DNA of 64,000 nt from Promethearchaeota archaeon (lineage in GTDB: Archaea; Asgardarchaeota; Lokiarchaeia; Sigyniarchaeales; SOKP01): NCBI GenBank assembly GCA_048938005.1, contig JBHLMQ010000009.1, positions 32,001 through 96,000 on the forward strand. The letters are read 5' to 3'. A program made the position numbers and the translations under genes. Shown here piece by piece: positions 49,393 to 58,682 of the stretch. Under the pieces are notes generated by a model, which had not been told where the DNA came from, searched no databases, and was given only the letters and a program-made list of their open reading frames with translations. Within the stretch, counting starts at the first letter, position 1; every line of letters begins with the position of its first letter.

Positions 49393-51072
49393 TTGTCTGA
49401 AAAAGAAGAAAAACCTAGAATTGGAGTTTTTGTCTGTTCTTGTGGAACTAATATTGGAGGTCTTATAGATGTTAAAGCTCTTGCTGATTATGCTAAAACT
49501 CTGCCGAATGTAGTATTTACTGAGGATAATCTATATACCTGTTCGGAATCAGGTTTAGCACAAATTAAAAATGGAATAAAGGAGCATAATTTGAATAGAG
49601 TTATTGTTGCCTCATGTACTCCAAGAACTCATGAACCTTTATTCCGAGATTGTGTTGAGGAAGAAGGAGTAAATGAGTATCTTTTTAATTTTGTAAATAT
49701 AAGGGACCAGAATACATGGTGCCATCAGAAATATCCAGAAGAGGCATTTGATAAGGCCAAAGACTTAATCCGTATGGGTGTAGCAAAAGCGGCTAAACTT
49801 GAAGCACTTGAAAATATAACTGTTGATGCTACTTCAACTGCATTAGTAATTGGTGGCGGTGTTTCAGGAATGACTGCCGCACTTAGTTTGGCAAATCAAG
49901 GATTTGAAACACATTTAGTTGAAAGAGAAAATGAGTTAGGTGGAAGGCTAAGAACACTTTATAAATTATTTCCAAATGATCAGGAAGCAGAGTTACTATT
50001 GGATAACCTAAAGAAAAATGTTGAAAGTAATCCAAACTTAACTATTCATCTCTCTAGCCAAGTTAAAAGTGTAGAGGGATTTATTGGGAATTATGATGTA
50101 GAAGTAGAAGAAAAAGGGAGTAATAATAAGATATCTATTGGTGTTATTCTTGTAGCTGTTGGATCTTCACTTCTTACGCCTACTGGAATGTATGGTTACG
50201 ATGGTAAAACCCGAATTACTCAGCATGAACTAGAAGCCAAATTAAAAAATAATGAAGTTAAAGCAAAGGATGTAGTAATGATCCAGTGTGTGGGGTCTCG
50301 CAATGAGGAAAGAGCTTACTGTTCAAATGTTTGTTGTATGACTGCCTTAAAAAATGCTCTTATTATAAAGGAGAACAATCCTGAGACTAATGTAACCATA
50401 CTCTTTAGAGATTTATATACTCCTGGGACAAATTATGAAGATTATTATAGAAGGGCGCGAGAAGAAGGAATTATTTTTATGGAATATAATAATGAGAAAA
50501 AACCCCTAGTAGAAGAAAATCAAATAAAATTTTATAATGAGTACTTAGGAGAGGAAATGATCCTTCCTTATGATCTTCTTGTGTTGTCAACACCCTTAGT
50601 TGCGAATAATGATAATAAAGCACTTGCCCAAATGTTAAAGGTGCCATTAGAAGAAAACCAATTCTTTTTAGAAGCTCATGTAAAGCTTCGTCCGATGGAT
50701 TTTGCTACGGATGGAGTTTTTATCTGTGGTTCAGCGAAATGGCCAGTTGATATAACAGAATCCATAACCCAAGGCTATGCAGCAGCATCAAGAGCAAGTA
50801 CAATAATATCTCATGACACAATAGAGGTTGAAGGTGCAACTTCATTCTTACCCGATTATAATAAAGCCCTATGTAGTGGTTGTGAAGTATGTATAACTGT
50901 CTGTCCCTATAAAGCAATTAGAAAGAATGAGGAGGATGAGATCGAAATAACTCAAGTGCTTTGTAAGGGATGTGGTGTGTGCGGCGCAACTTGTACAAAT
51001 CATGCCATAATAATTAGACATTTTACAGATGAGCAGATATTATCTGAAATTTATGCATTTGGAGGTAAATAA
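49393..51072 (+). CDS. hdrA: HdrA-like flavoprotein (second half of a split double-HdrA)
   Basis: RIGVFVCSCG.NI, VASCTPRTHEPLF, GGGVSG, YCSNVCCM, EAHVKLRP, C-terminal ferredoxin. Confidence 0.88.
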   Translation: MSEKEEKPRIGVFVCSCGTNIGGLIDVKALADYAKTLPNVVFTEDNLYTCSESGLAQIKNGIKEHNLNRVIVASCTPRTHEPLFRDCVEEEGVNEYLFNFVNIRDQNTWCHQKYPEEAFDKAKDLIRMGVAKAAKLEALENITVDATSTALVIGGGVSGMTAALSLANQGFETHLVERENELGGRLRTLYKLFPNDQEAELLLDNLKKNVESNPNLTIHLSSQVKSVEGFIGNYDVEVEEKGSNNKISIGVILVAVGSSLLTPTGMYGYDGKTRITQHELEAKLKNNEVKAKDVVMIQCVGSRNEERAYCSNVCCMTALKNALIIKENNPETNVTILFRDLYTPGTNYEDYYRRAREEGIIFMEYNNEKKPLVEENQIKFYNEYLGEEMILPYDLLVLSTPLVANNDNKALAQMLKVPLEENQFFLEAHVKLRPMDFATDGVFICGSAKWPVDITESITQGYAAASRASTIISHDTIEVEGATSFLPDYNKALCSGCEVCITVCPYKAIRKNEEDEIEITQVLCKGCGVCGATCTNHAIIIRHFTDEQILSEIYAFGGK

Positions 51073-51073
51073 A

Positions 51074-51835
51074 ATGAATTTTGAACCAAAAATTCTGGGA
51101 TTTTTATGTAATTGGTGCTGTTATGCAGGAGCAGATCTTGCTGGAGTCTCACGTATGCAATATCCTCCAAATATCCGAGTTATTCGTATTATGTGTTCTG
51201 GAAGGGTTGATCCTAAATTTATTTTCGAAGCTCTAAGAGTAGGAGCTGATGGAGTCTTTATTGGAGGCTGTCATTTAGGAGATTGCCACTATCTAGAAGG
51301 TAATTATGAAGCCGTGAAAAAGTTTGAAATGACACAAAAATTCCTCAAAATTATAGATTTTGATAATAGAGTAAGGTTAGAATGGGTATCTGCTTCGGAA
51401 GGTGCTAGATATGCAGCAGTAATTAAAGAATTTACAGAACATATAAAATCATTAGGACCATCACCTGCCGGAGGAGATAATCCCGATCCAGAAATTCTTG
51501 AGAAATTGAGAGCAATGGAGGAAGCTGCTGGAAGTGACCGATTGAGAGCACTTGTAGGAAGGGAAAGAAAGATCACCGAGGAAGAAAATGTCTATGGAGA
51601 GAAAGTGCCACTAGAAAAATTTAATGAGATTTTTGATTCGGCAATTATAGAAGAATATGAACGAAATAGAATTTTAGTTTCATTAGAGAAGAATAGCAGA
51701 TCAATAAAGGATTTAGCAACTGAATTAGAAATAGATCCAAGTATTGTATTAGAACATATTACAATTTTAAAAACTCGAGGTTTAGTTGACTTTGGAGAAT
51801 TCGTTGGAATAACTCCAATGTTTCATAAAATGTAA
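51074..51835 (+). CDS. mvhD: MvhD/FlxD [2Fe-2S] subunit with C-terminal winged-helix extension
   Basis: FLCNWCCYAGADLAG, MCSGRVDP, GCHLGDCHY, WVSASEG; ATG 51074 after SD GGAGGT. Confidence 0.88.
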   Translation: MNFEPKILGFLCNWCCYAGADLAGVSRMQYPPNIRVIRIMCSGRVDPKFIFEALRVGADGVFIGGCHLGDCHYLEGNYEAVKKFEMTQKFLKIIDFDNRVRLEWVSASEGARYAAVIKEFTEHIKSLGPSPAGGDNPDPEILEKLRAMEEAAGSDRLRALVGRERKITEEENVYGEKVPLEKFNEIFDSAIIEEYERNRILVSLEKNSRSIKDLATELEIDPSIVLEHITILKTRGLVDFGEFVGITPMFHKM

Positions 51836-51847
51836 GGGGGTTAAAAT

Positions 51848-54800
51848 ATGGAAAAAGTAGGAGCTGTCATGATTGTAGGCGCTGGAATAGGGGGATCCCA
51901 AGCAGCGCTAGATTTGGGAGATTCTGGTTATAAAGTTCATTTAATTGAATCAACAACGAGTATCGGTGGGGCAATGGCCCAATTAGACAAAACTTTTCCC
52001 ACAAACGATTGCGCTATGTGTATCGTTAGTCCAAAATTAGTTGAAACAGGTCGCCACCAAAACGTCGATTTAAGTATTAATTGTGAGGTTTTAAATGTCT
52101 CTGGAGAGGCAGGAAACTTCACAGTAAAAGTAAAAAAGAATTCGTTATTTATTAATCCAGATAAATGCACGGGTTGTGGAGTTTGTGGCCGTAATTGCCC
52201 TGTTGAGGCAATTGATATTTTCAATGAAGGACTAGCAAAATATGCTGCCACATCTGTGAAGTATCCTCAAGCAGTTCCACTTGTTTATGCAATCAATAAA
52301 GATTATTGTATAGGTTGTGGAGTTTGTGCTGGTGTTTGTAAAGCCAAAGCAGTAGAATACGACCGAGAGGATAAAATTGTAGACATTAATGTTGGTGCCA
52401 TAGTATTGGCACCTGGTTTTGATGAGTATATTCCTCCAGAAGTTAATAAATATGGTTATGGCAACAATAAAAACGTTGTAACGAGTATTGAGTTTGAACG
52501 TATATTAAGTGCAAGCGGTCCTTATGCTGGAAGAGTTTTGAGACCTTCCGATGGAGATATTCCAGAAAAGGTTGCATTCCTCCAATGTGTAGGATCACGA
52601 GATTATTCGGGAGAGGGACAACCATATTGTTCTTCTGTATGTTGTATGTATACAGCAAAAGAAGCAGTGATTGCTCATGAACATCAACATCAAGTAAAAC
52701 CAACCATTTTTAGCATGGATATAAGAGCATATGGAAAAGATTTTGATAAGTATATTATTAGAGCTCAAGAAGAATATGGTATCAGGTACATTAGGAGCAG
52801 AATTTCTTCTATAACCGAAATCCCTGAGACAAAGGATTTAAGGCTTAGCTATGAAACAGAAGATGGGAAAGTTGTAGAGGAAACTTATAATATGGTTGTT
52901 TTAGGTGTAGGGTTAAATCCTCCAAATGATGCGAAATATCTTGCTGAGAAATTTGGAATTGAACTAAATGAATATGGGTTTGCGAAAACAGAGATCTATA
53001 ATCCTGTACAAACTTCTAGACAGGGGATTTTTGCATGTGGAGCATTTTCTCAACCAAAAGATATCCCTGAAACAGTAACCCAAGCAAGTGCTGCTGCCGG
53101 ATGTGTCAATCAGCTTTTATATGAGAAAAGGGGCACTTTAATAACAGAAAAAACATTACCTCCAGAAATTTTTGTTGCCGGACAACCCCCGAGAATCGGA
53201 GTGTTCATCTGTCATTGCGGGATTAACATTGGAGGTTATGTAGATGTTCCAGAAGTGACTAAATATGCGAGTACTCTCCCAAATGTAGTTATGGCAGATC
53301 GAAATTTATATACTTGTTCTGCTGATACTCAGGGAATAATAAAAGAAAAAATAGAAGAATATCATTTAAATCGTGTAATTGTTGCCTCATGTACTCCGAG
53401 AACACATGAACCATTATTTCAGGAAACTATTAGAGAAGCAGGATTAAATAGATACCTCTTTCAGATGGCCAACATTCGAGATCAGTGTTCCTGGGTTCAT
53501 ATGAACCAACCCGAAGAAGCTACACAGAAAGCAAAGGATCTCGTGAGGATGGCTGTGAATAAGGCTAGAAGAATTGCGCCAATAGATAGAATAAAGCTCG
53601 GAGTAACAAAGAAGGCCATGGTCATAGGTGGAGGTATTAGCGGTATGGTTGCTGCTCTTAATTTTGGAACCCAAGAAATTGAGACTTATTTAATTGAAAA
53701 AGAAGCAGAATTAGGAGGTTTTGCTAGACATATTTACCATACCCTTGAAGGAGGGGATGTTCAAGCTTATTTAGAAGACTTAATTGATAAAGTGAAAGCC
53801 AATAAATTTATCCATGTATATACTAACGCTGAAATTGAAAGTATAGATGGATATATTGGAAATTTCAAAACAACTGTAGCTTATGGTCCTAAGAAAGATA
53901 GAGTTGAATTTGACCATGGTGTTGTTATTGTGGCTACAGGTGCTAAAGAATATAAACCGAAAGAATTTCTTTATGGTCAAAATAAAAATGTAATTTTACA
54001 ATCTGAGTTTGAAGAAATCTTAAATACTAATGGAAAAATCAAAGATAAAAAATCAATTGTAATGATTCAATGCGTAGGTTCTAGAAACGATGAACATCCA
54101 TATTGTAGTAAAATGTGTTGCGCAGAAGCTATTAAGAACGCATTGTTAATTAAAGAATTAAATCCATCAAGTGAAGTTATAGTTCTATTTCGAGATATTA
54201 GAACTTATGGATTTAAAGAAAAATATTATAGAAAAGCAAGAGAAGCAGGAGTAATATTTATTCGATATGATGAAAATAATCCTCCTGAAATTATTCCTGT
54301 GAATTCATCATTAAAGGTGAATGTTAGAACTCCAACAGCAGGTGAGTTATCTTTACCTGCCGATTTATTGGTATTGAGTGCTGGAATTGTAGCATCTCAT
54401 GAGGAAAATGAGGAACTTGCTAAGATGTTAAAAGTTCCATTAAATGATGATAATTTTTATTTAGAAGCCCATGTTAAGCTTCGTCCAGTTGATTTTGCCA
54501 CCGAAGGTGTGTTTGTTGCGGGGCTAGCACACTGTCCAAAAACTATTGAAGATTCAATTTCACAAGCTAATGCTGCTGTTTCAAGAGCATGCACTATTCT
54601 CTCCAAAGACGAGATTGAAGCAGAAGGTAAAACAGCAGTTATTGATATGGCTCGTTGTATCGGTTGCGGTATGTGTATAGAGAATTGTGCTTATAATGCG
54701 ATAGACTTAATTGAGGATAGAAGATTCGGCCTCGTAGCGTCTATTAATCAGGCATTATGTAAAGGATGTGGAGCTTGTAGTGGGAATTGTCGATGTAGTG

Positions 54801-54865
54801 CCATCGATATTTTAGGTTTTACAAGTGAACAAATATATGAAATGATAACAGGTCGTATAGGTTAA
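51848..54865 (+). CDS. hdrA: large fused double-HdrA flavoprotein
   Basis: Two FAD-binding modules (GAGIGG; GGGISG), TNDCAMCI, RIGVFICHCGINI, two ferredoxin domains. Confidence 0.9.
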   Translation: MEKVGAVMIVGAGIGGSQAALDLGDSGYKVHLIESTTSIGGAMAQLDKTFPTNDCAMCIVSPKLVETGRHQNVDLSINCEVLNVSGEAGNFTVKVKKNSLFINPDKCTGCGVCGRNCPVEAIDIFNEGLAKYAATSVKYPQAVPLVYAINKDYCIGCGVCAGVCKAKAVEYDREDKIVDINVGAIVLAPGFDEYIPPEVNKYGYGNNKNVVTSIEFERILSASGPYAGRVLRPSDGDIPEKVAFLQCVGSRDYSGEGQPYCSSVCCMYTAKEAVIAHEHQHQVKPTIFSMDIRAYGKDFDKYIIRAQEEYGIRYIRSRISSITEIPETKDLRLSYETEDGKVVEETYNMVVLGVGLNPPNDAKYLAEKFGIELNEYGFAKTEIYNPVQTSRQGIFACGAFSQPKDIPETVTQASAAAGCVNQLLYEKRGTLITEKTLPPEIFVAGQPPRIGVFICHCGINIGGYVDVPEVTKYASTLPNVVMADRNLYTCSADTQGIIKEKIEEYHLNRVIVASCTPRTHEPLFQETIREAGLNRYLFQMANIRDQCSWVHMNQPEEATQKAKDLVRMAVNKARRIAPIDRIKLGVTKKAMVIGGGISGMVAALNFGTQEIETYLIEKEAELGGFARHIYHTLEGGDVQAYLEDLIDKVKANKFIHVYTNAEIESIDGYIGNFKTTVAYGPKKDRVEFDHGVVIVATGAKEYKPKEFLYGQNKNVILQSEFEEILNTNGKIKDKKSIVMIQCVGSRNDEHPYCSKMCCAEAIKNALLIKELNPSSEVIVLFRDIRTYGFKEKYYRKAREAGVIFIRYDENNPPEIIPVNSSLKVNVRTPTAGELSLPADLLVLSAGIVASHEENEELAKMLKVPLNDDNFYLEAHVKLRPVDFATEGVFVAGLAHCPKTIEDSISQANAAVSRACTILSKDEIEAEGKTAVIDMARCIGCGMCIENCAYNAIDLIEDRRFGLVASINQALCKGCGACSGNCRCSAIDILGFTSEQIYEMITGRIG

Positions 54866-54882
54866 TAATAAGAGGTTTAAAA

Positions 54883-55335
54883 ATGACTGAAACAGTTTTG
54901 GAAGAAAAGAAAGTTGATGAAAAATGGGAACCAAAGATCATAGCATTCTTATGTAACTGGTGTTCTTATGCCGGCGCAGATCTTGCTGGTGTTAGTAGAA
55001 TTCAATATCCTCCAAATATAAGAATCGTCAGAGTTCCCTGTTCTGGAAGGGTCAATCCCTATTTTATTATAAAGAGTTTAACAGATGGATGGGATGGTGT
55101 TCTAGTTTCCGGATGTCATCCTGGTGATTGTCATTATATCAGTGGAAACTTAGTCGCTCGAAGACGTTTTGCAATATTAAAAGAACTTTTAGAATTTTTT
55201 GGGATTGAACCTGGTAGGATTAATTTTATGTGGGCTTCTGCGGCTGAAGGTGAACGTTTCGCAACTTTAGTTAAGAAAGCCACAAATATAGTAAAAAAAT
55301 TAGGACCAAACACAAAATTTCAAAAGAAGTGGTGA
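54883..55335 (+). CDS. flxD: FlxD/MvhD [2Fe-2S] subunit
   Basis: FLCNWCSYAGADLAG, PCSGRV, GCHPGDCHY, WASAAEG. Confidence 0.88.
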   Translation: MTETVLEEKKVDEKWEPKIIAFLCNWCSYAGADLAGVSRIQYPPNIRIVRVPCSGRVNPYFIIKSLTDGWDGVLVSGCHPGDCHYISGNLVARRRFAILKELLEFFGIEPGRINFMWASAAEGERFATLVKKATNIVKKLGPNTKFQKKW

Positions 55336-56351
55336 TAAAAGTGGGTATTGAAGCTGAAAATAAGGAAATTGAAAATTCAATAAGAGAGAATGCAAAAAAA
55401 TTATTTAGTGAAAATCAAGTTGATGTAGTAATTGGATATTCTCAAGGTACAGTACCATTGAGTTCGACCCCAATTATAATTAGAAAAGAAGAAGATGTAA
55501 ACAAATTAACTTGGAATAATTTATGTTATATGAATTTAGCGAGATATCTAGCCCCTTTAATGCCCCAGCTTTGTGATTCAGAAGGGAACTCATTAAGAAT
55601 CGGAATAGTAGCTAAAGGGTGTGTTGGTCGGGCAATAAACCTATTAGCTGTGGAGAAACAAGTGAATCTGGATAATATAAAGATGATTGGGTTTAATTGC
55701 AATGGAATTGTGAATAGAAGTAAAATCGATATAGAGATTGGAGAAAAAGAGATTCTTGATTTTTCCATATCTGGAGATGATATTATTGTGAAAGGGAAAG
55801 ACTGGGAGAAAAAATTTCCCTATAAACAATATATTAATGAACTATGTAAGGTATGTCAAGTAAAATCTCCTTCTACTAATGATGCAAATTGTATAGGTGA
55901 ATGTAAAGAACTTGAATCCATACACGACGAATTTTCAGATATCACTGATTTTGAAGCTAAATCTGCTGGGGAAAAATGGGATTATATTAAAGAAATTTTG
56001 CAGGTTTGCACTCTTTGTTACAGTTGCCGTCAAGCATGTCCCGCTTGCTACTGTAACCTTTGTTTTGTAGATCAAAATATGCCTATATGGTTTGGCAAAA
56101 CTACTGAGTACCAAGATATATTTACATTTCATTTAATTCGAGCAACACATTTAGCAGGTAGATGTGTAGCCTGTGGAGCATGCTCATCAGTATGTCCCGT
56201 AGGTATAGACCTGAACTTTATCACAAGGAAATTAGAGAAAATCGTGAAAGAACGATTTGATTATACTTCGGGGCTCAACGCTGAACGAGTTCCTCCAATG
56301 ATGGATTTTAAAATGGAGGATGCAGAAGAATTTATGTTGGAGGAAGATTAA
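55329..56351 (+). CDS. flxC: FlxC-like (FdhB-related) 4Fe-4S protein
   Basis: GIVAKGC, CTLCYSCRQACPACYC..C, GRCVACGACSSVCP; start may be GTG 55341. Confidence 0.8.
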   Translation: MVIKVGIEAENKEIENSIRENAKKLFSENQVDVVIGYSQGTVPLSSTPIIIRKEEDVNKLTWNNLCYMNLARYLAPLMPQLCDSEGNSLRIGIVAKGCVGRAINLLAVEKQVNLDNIKMIGFNCNGIVNRSKIDIEIGEKEILDFSISGDDIIVKGKDWEKKFPYKQYINELCKVCQVKSPSTNDANCIGECKELESIHDEFSDITDFEAKSAGEKWDYIKEILQVCTLCYSCRQACPACYCNLCFVDQNMPIWFGKTTEYQDIFTFHLIRATHLAGRCVACGACSSVCPVGIDLNFITRKLEKIVKERFDYTSGLNAERVPPMMDFKMEDAEEFMLEED

Positions 56352-56367
56352 AAAGGTGAACTAAAAA

Positions 56368-57429
56368 ATGGATCAAAAAATATTAAAAAAGGATCAAATT
56401 GGAAAATTATATAATGAATTTGTAGGAGATTATGATTTTTATGCTCCTATTAATAAAAAGGGAAATATAATTTTTGAAAAGATTGAAAATCCGGAAGATA
56501 TAGTTTTAGATTATTTAAACTCGAAGGTTCCACCAAAATCCGTTTTATTTCCTCAAGAGGAAGTGTTATTTGAATATTCCTTAGACGAAAAAGACGTTGA
56601 AATAACTGATAGACAAAATCTAGAACAAAAGATCTTGATTTTTGGAGTTCGACCATGTGATGCTTATAGTTTTGAATTAATGGCTAATTTCTTTTCATTT
56701 CACGGAAATTGGCAGGACGAGATCTATTTAAAGAAAAAGGAGAATACAACACTAGTTGGTATTGGATGTAATACTCCAAGAACAACATGTTTTTGTACTT
56801 CTGTAGAGGGAAATCCTTTTAACAAAGAGAACATGGATATTTTTTTAACAGATTTGGGTGAAACATATTTGGTTGAGGCTATCAGTAATAATGGTAAAGA
56901 AATAGTTAAAAAATTATCATGGCTCTCTAATGCTTCTAAGGATGATTTAAAAAGGGCAGAAGAGTTAGCAAAAGCAGCAGAGGAGTCAATAACTACAAAG
57001 ATCGATACTGAAACTATTGTAAAAAACTTAGAAACATGTTTTGAACATCCAGTATGGGATGAAATCAGTGAGGCTTGTATAGGATGTGGTTCTTGTGCCT
57101 ACCTTTGTCCAACTTGCACGTGTTTCGATGTGATAGATGAGACAGATCAATATAATAATCGAGGAAGAAGAATAAGAATCTGGGATACCTGTCAGTCGTG
57201 TCTTTATACACTTGAAACGAGTGGACACAACCCTCGAGACACCAAGATCCAACGTTGTCGGAATAGAATTATGCATAAGTTTAGTTATTATCCGACAAAT
57301 TATGGGCTTTTGGGTTGTGTTGGATGTGGAAGGTGTATATCTGTGTGTCCAGCAAATAATGATCTTCGAACAATATTGGATAAAATAGAAAAAATAGAAA
57401 AAGAGGAGGATGAGAAAGTAGTTGCCTAA
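56368..57429 (+). CDS. flxB: FlxB-like (AsrA/HydB-type) 4Fe-4S protein
   Basis: PPKSVLFPQ, GVRPCD, CFCTS, CIGCGSC...CPTC.CF, CVGCGRCISVCP. Confidence 0.85.
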   Translation: MDQKILKKDQIGKLYNEFVGDYDFYAPINKKGNIIFEKIENPEDIVLDYLNSKVPPKSVLFPQEEVLFEYSLDEKDVEITDRQNLEQKILIFGVRPCDAYSFELMANFFSFHGNWQDEIYLKKKENTTLVGIGCNTPRTTCFCTSVEGNPFNKENMDIFLTDLGETYLVEAISNNGKEIVKKLSWLSNASKDDLKRAEELAKAAEESITTKIDTETIVKNLETCFEHPVWDEISEACIGCGSCAYLCPTCTCFDVIDETDQYNNRGRRIRIWDTCQSCLYTLETSGHNPRDTKIQRCRNRIMHKFSYYPTNYGLLGCVGCGRCISVCPANNDLRTILDKIEKIEKEEDEKVVA

Positions 57430-58261
57430 TCCGTATATTCCTTATCTTACAAAAGTTAAATCGATAGTTTCAGAAAATAAGGTTAATGATATAAAAACTA
57501 TCGAGTTAGAGTTTAAAAATGAAGGAGATTACAAGAAATTTGATTATATACCTGGTCAGTTTGCTGAAATTAGTTTAATAGGAAAGGGAGAATGTCCTAT
57601 TGGTATTGCTTCTTCTCCAACTGAGGAAGGCACAATTAAATTCACAATAAAGAAGATGGGAACTGTTACGTCAAGTTTTCATACCTGTGAAGTAGGAGAT
57701 ATCATTGGTGTGAGAGGTCCTTGTGGTAATGGTTGGCCAGTTGAGGAAATGAAGGGAAAGAACATAGTAGTCATTGGTGGAGGATTTGCCTTTTCTACAT
57801 TACGTTCTCTTGTTATTTATTTGCTTGATGAGAAAAATAGAAAAAATTACGGCAATATTACAGTGATCTATGGTAATCGTGATTCTGGAGAAGTGCTATA
57901 CACAGATATTTTAGATGAATGGAAAAAACGGGACGATATCAATGTTGTATTGACAATCGATCGAGCTGAAGACGGGTGGACTGAAAACGTTGGATTTGTA
58001 GCGCCAATAGTGAAAGAAGTTGGTCCCTCCTCTGATAATGCAGTTGCGGTTGTATGCGGTCCACCAATAATGATTAAAACCACAATCGCCGTTCTGGAAG
58101 AATTAAATTGGAAGGACGAGCAAATTTTGAATAGCTTAGAGATGCGCATGAAGTGTGGTATAGGTAAGTGCGGCCGATGTAATATCGGAAATAAGTTTGT
58201 TTGCACAGATGGACCTGTCTTTTCATTAGCAGAACTTAAAAAAATGCCAAATGAATATTAG
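57422..58261 (+). CDS. flxA: FlxA-like FAD/NAD(P)H oxidoreductase (AsrB/PyrK family)
   Basis: PGQF, RGPCGNG, IGGG, CGPPIM, MKCGIGKCGRC...VCTDGPVF. Confidence 0.88.
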   Translation: MPNPYIPYLTKVKSIVSENKVNDIKTIELEFKNEGDYKKFDYIPGQFAEISLIGKGECPIGIASSPTEEGTIKFTIKKMGTVTSSFHTCEVGDIIGVRGPCGNGWPVEEMKGKNIVVIGGGFAFSTLRSLVIYLLDEKNRKNYGNITVIYGNRDSGEVLYTDILDEWKKRDDINVVLTIDRAEDGWTENVGFVAPIVKEVGPSSDNAVAVVCGPPIMIKTTIAVLEELNWKDEQILNSLEMRMKCGIGKCGRCNIGNKFVCTDGPVFSLAELKKMPNEY

Positions 58262-58280
58262 TATTATTAAACAAATTATC

Positions 58281-58288
58281 TTTTTTTT
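58281..58288 (+). terminator. oligo-T archaeal terminator candidate after the hdr-flx operon
   Basis: T8 run 20 nt after the flxA stop. Confidence 0.4.
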
Positions 58289-58384
58289 ATTGTTATTTTA
58301 TATCAGAATTTATAGACTTTTTGGTAATCCTGACTTCCATTAGATTAAAATATATTATGATACTTGATTTAACACTTCTATTTA

Positions 58385-58534
58385 TTAGAAATAATTTTCC
58401 CTATATTGTTTTATTGGATTATTCATTTTTTTGGTCTTTAATATTTCCAAATATCTTTTTTTTATAGGTGCTTGCCTGTATCGTCTGAAATATTCCCAAT
58501 CTTCACGTTTCATTTCCAATTTTTCATTTTTCAT
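58385..58534 (-). CDS. possible small basic protein (49 aa), not in ORF track
   Basis: Manual translation MKNEKLEMKREDWEYFRRYRQAPIKKRYLEILKTKKMNNPIKQYRENYF*; fills an otherwise empty gap. Confidence 0.35.
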   Translation of the reverse strand: MKNEKLEMKREDWEYFRRYRQAPIKKRYLEILKTKKMNNPIKQYRENYF

Positions 58535-58682
58535 AATAATAAATCTTTTATATTTTCTACTTATTGAATGAAAAATGTGGATAGAATTATTTATTACTTA
58601 ACGAGACCAATTTTTGTAAATACTATAGAGAAATAAGTTATAAGTAGTGAAAATATTTGAAATACAGACTTTATTAATATAA

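Noticed and set aside
51029-51073. ORF-track N-terminal extension of MvhD
   Set aside because: It overlaps hdrA; ATG 51074 follows the SD GGAGGT and gives the canonical MNFEPKI start
45537-58261. Selenocysteine (UGA) recoding in HdrA/MvhD, known in Lokiarchaea
   Set aside because: All relevant positions are Cys codons in uninterrupted ORFs; no in-frame TGA needs recoding
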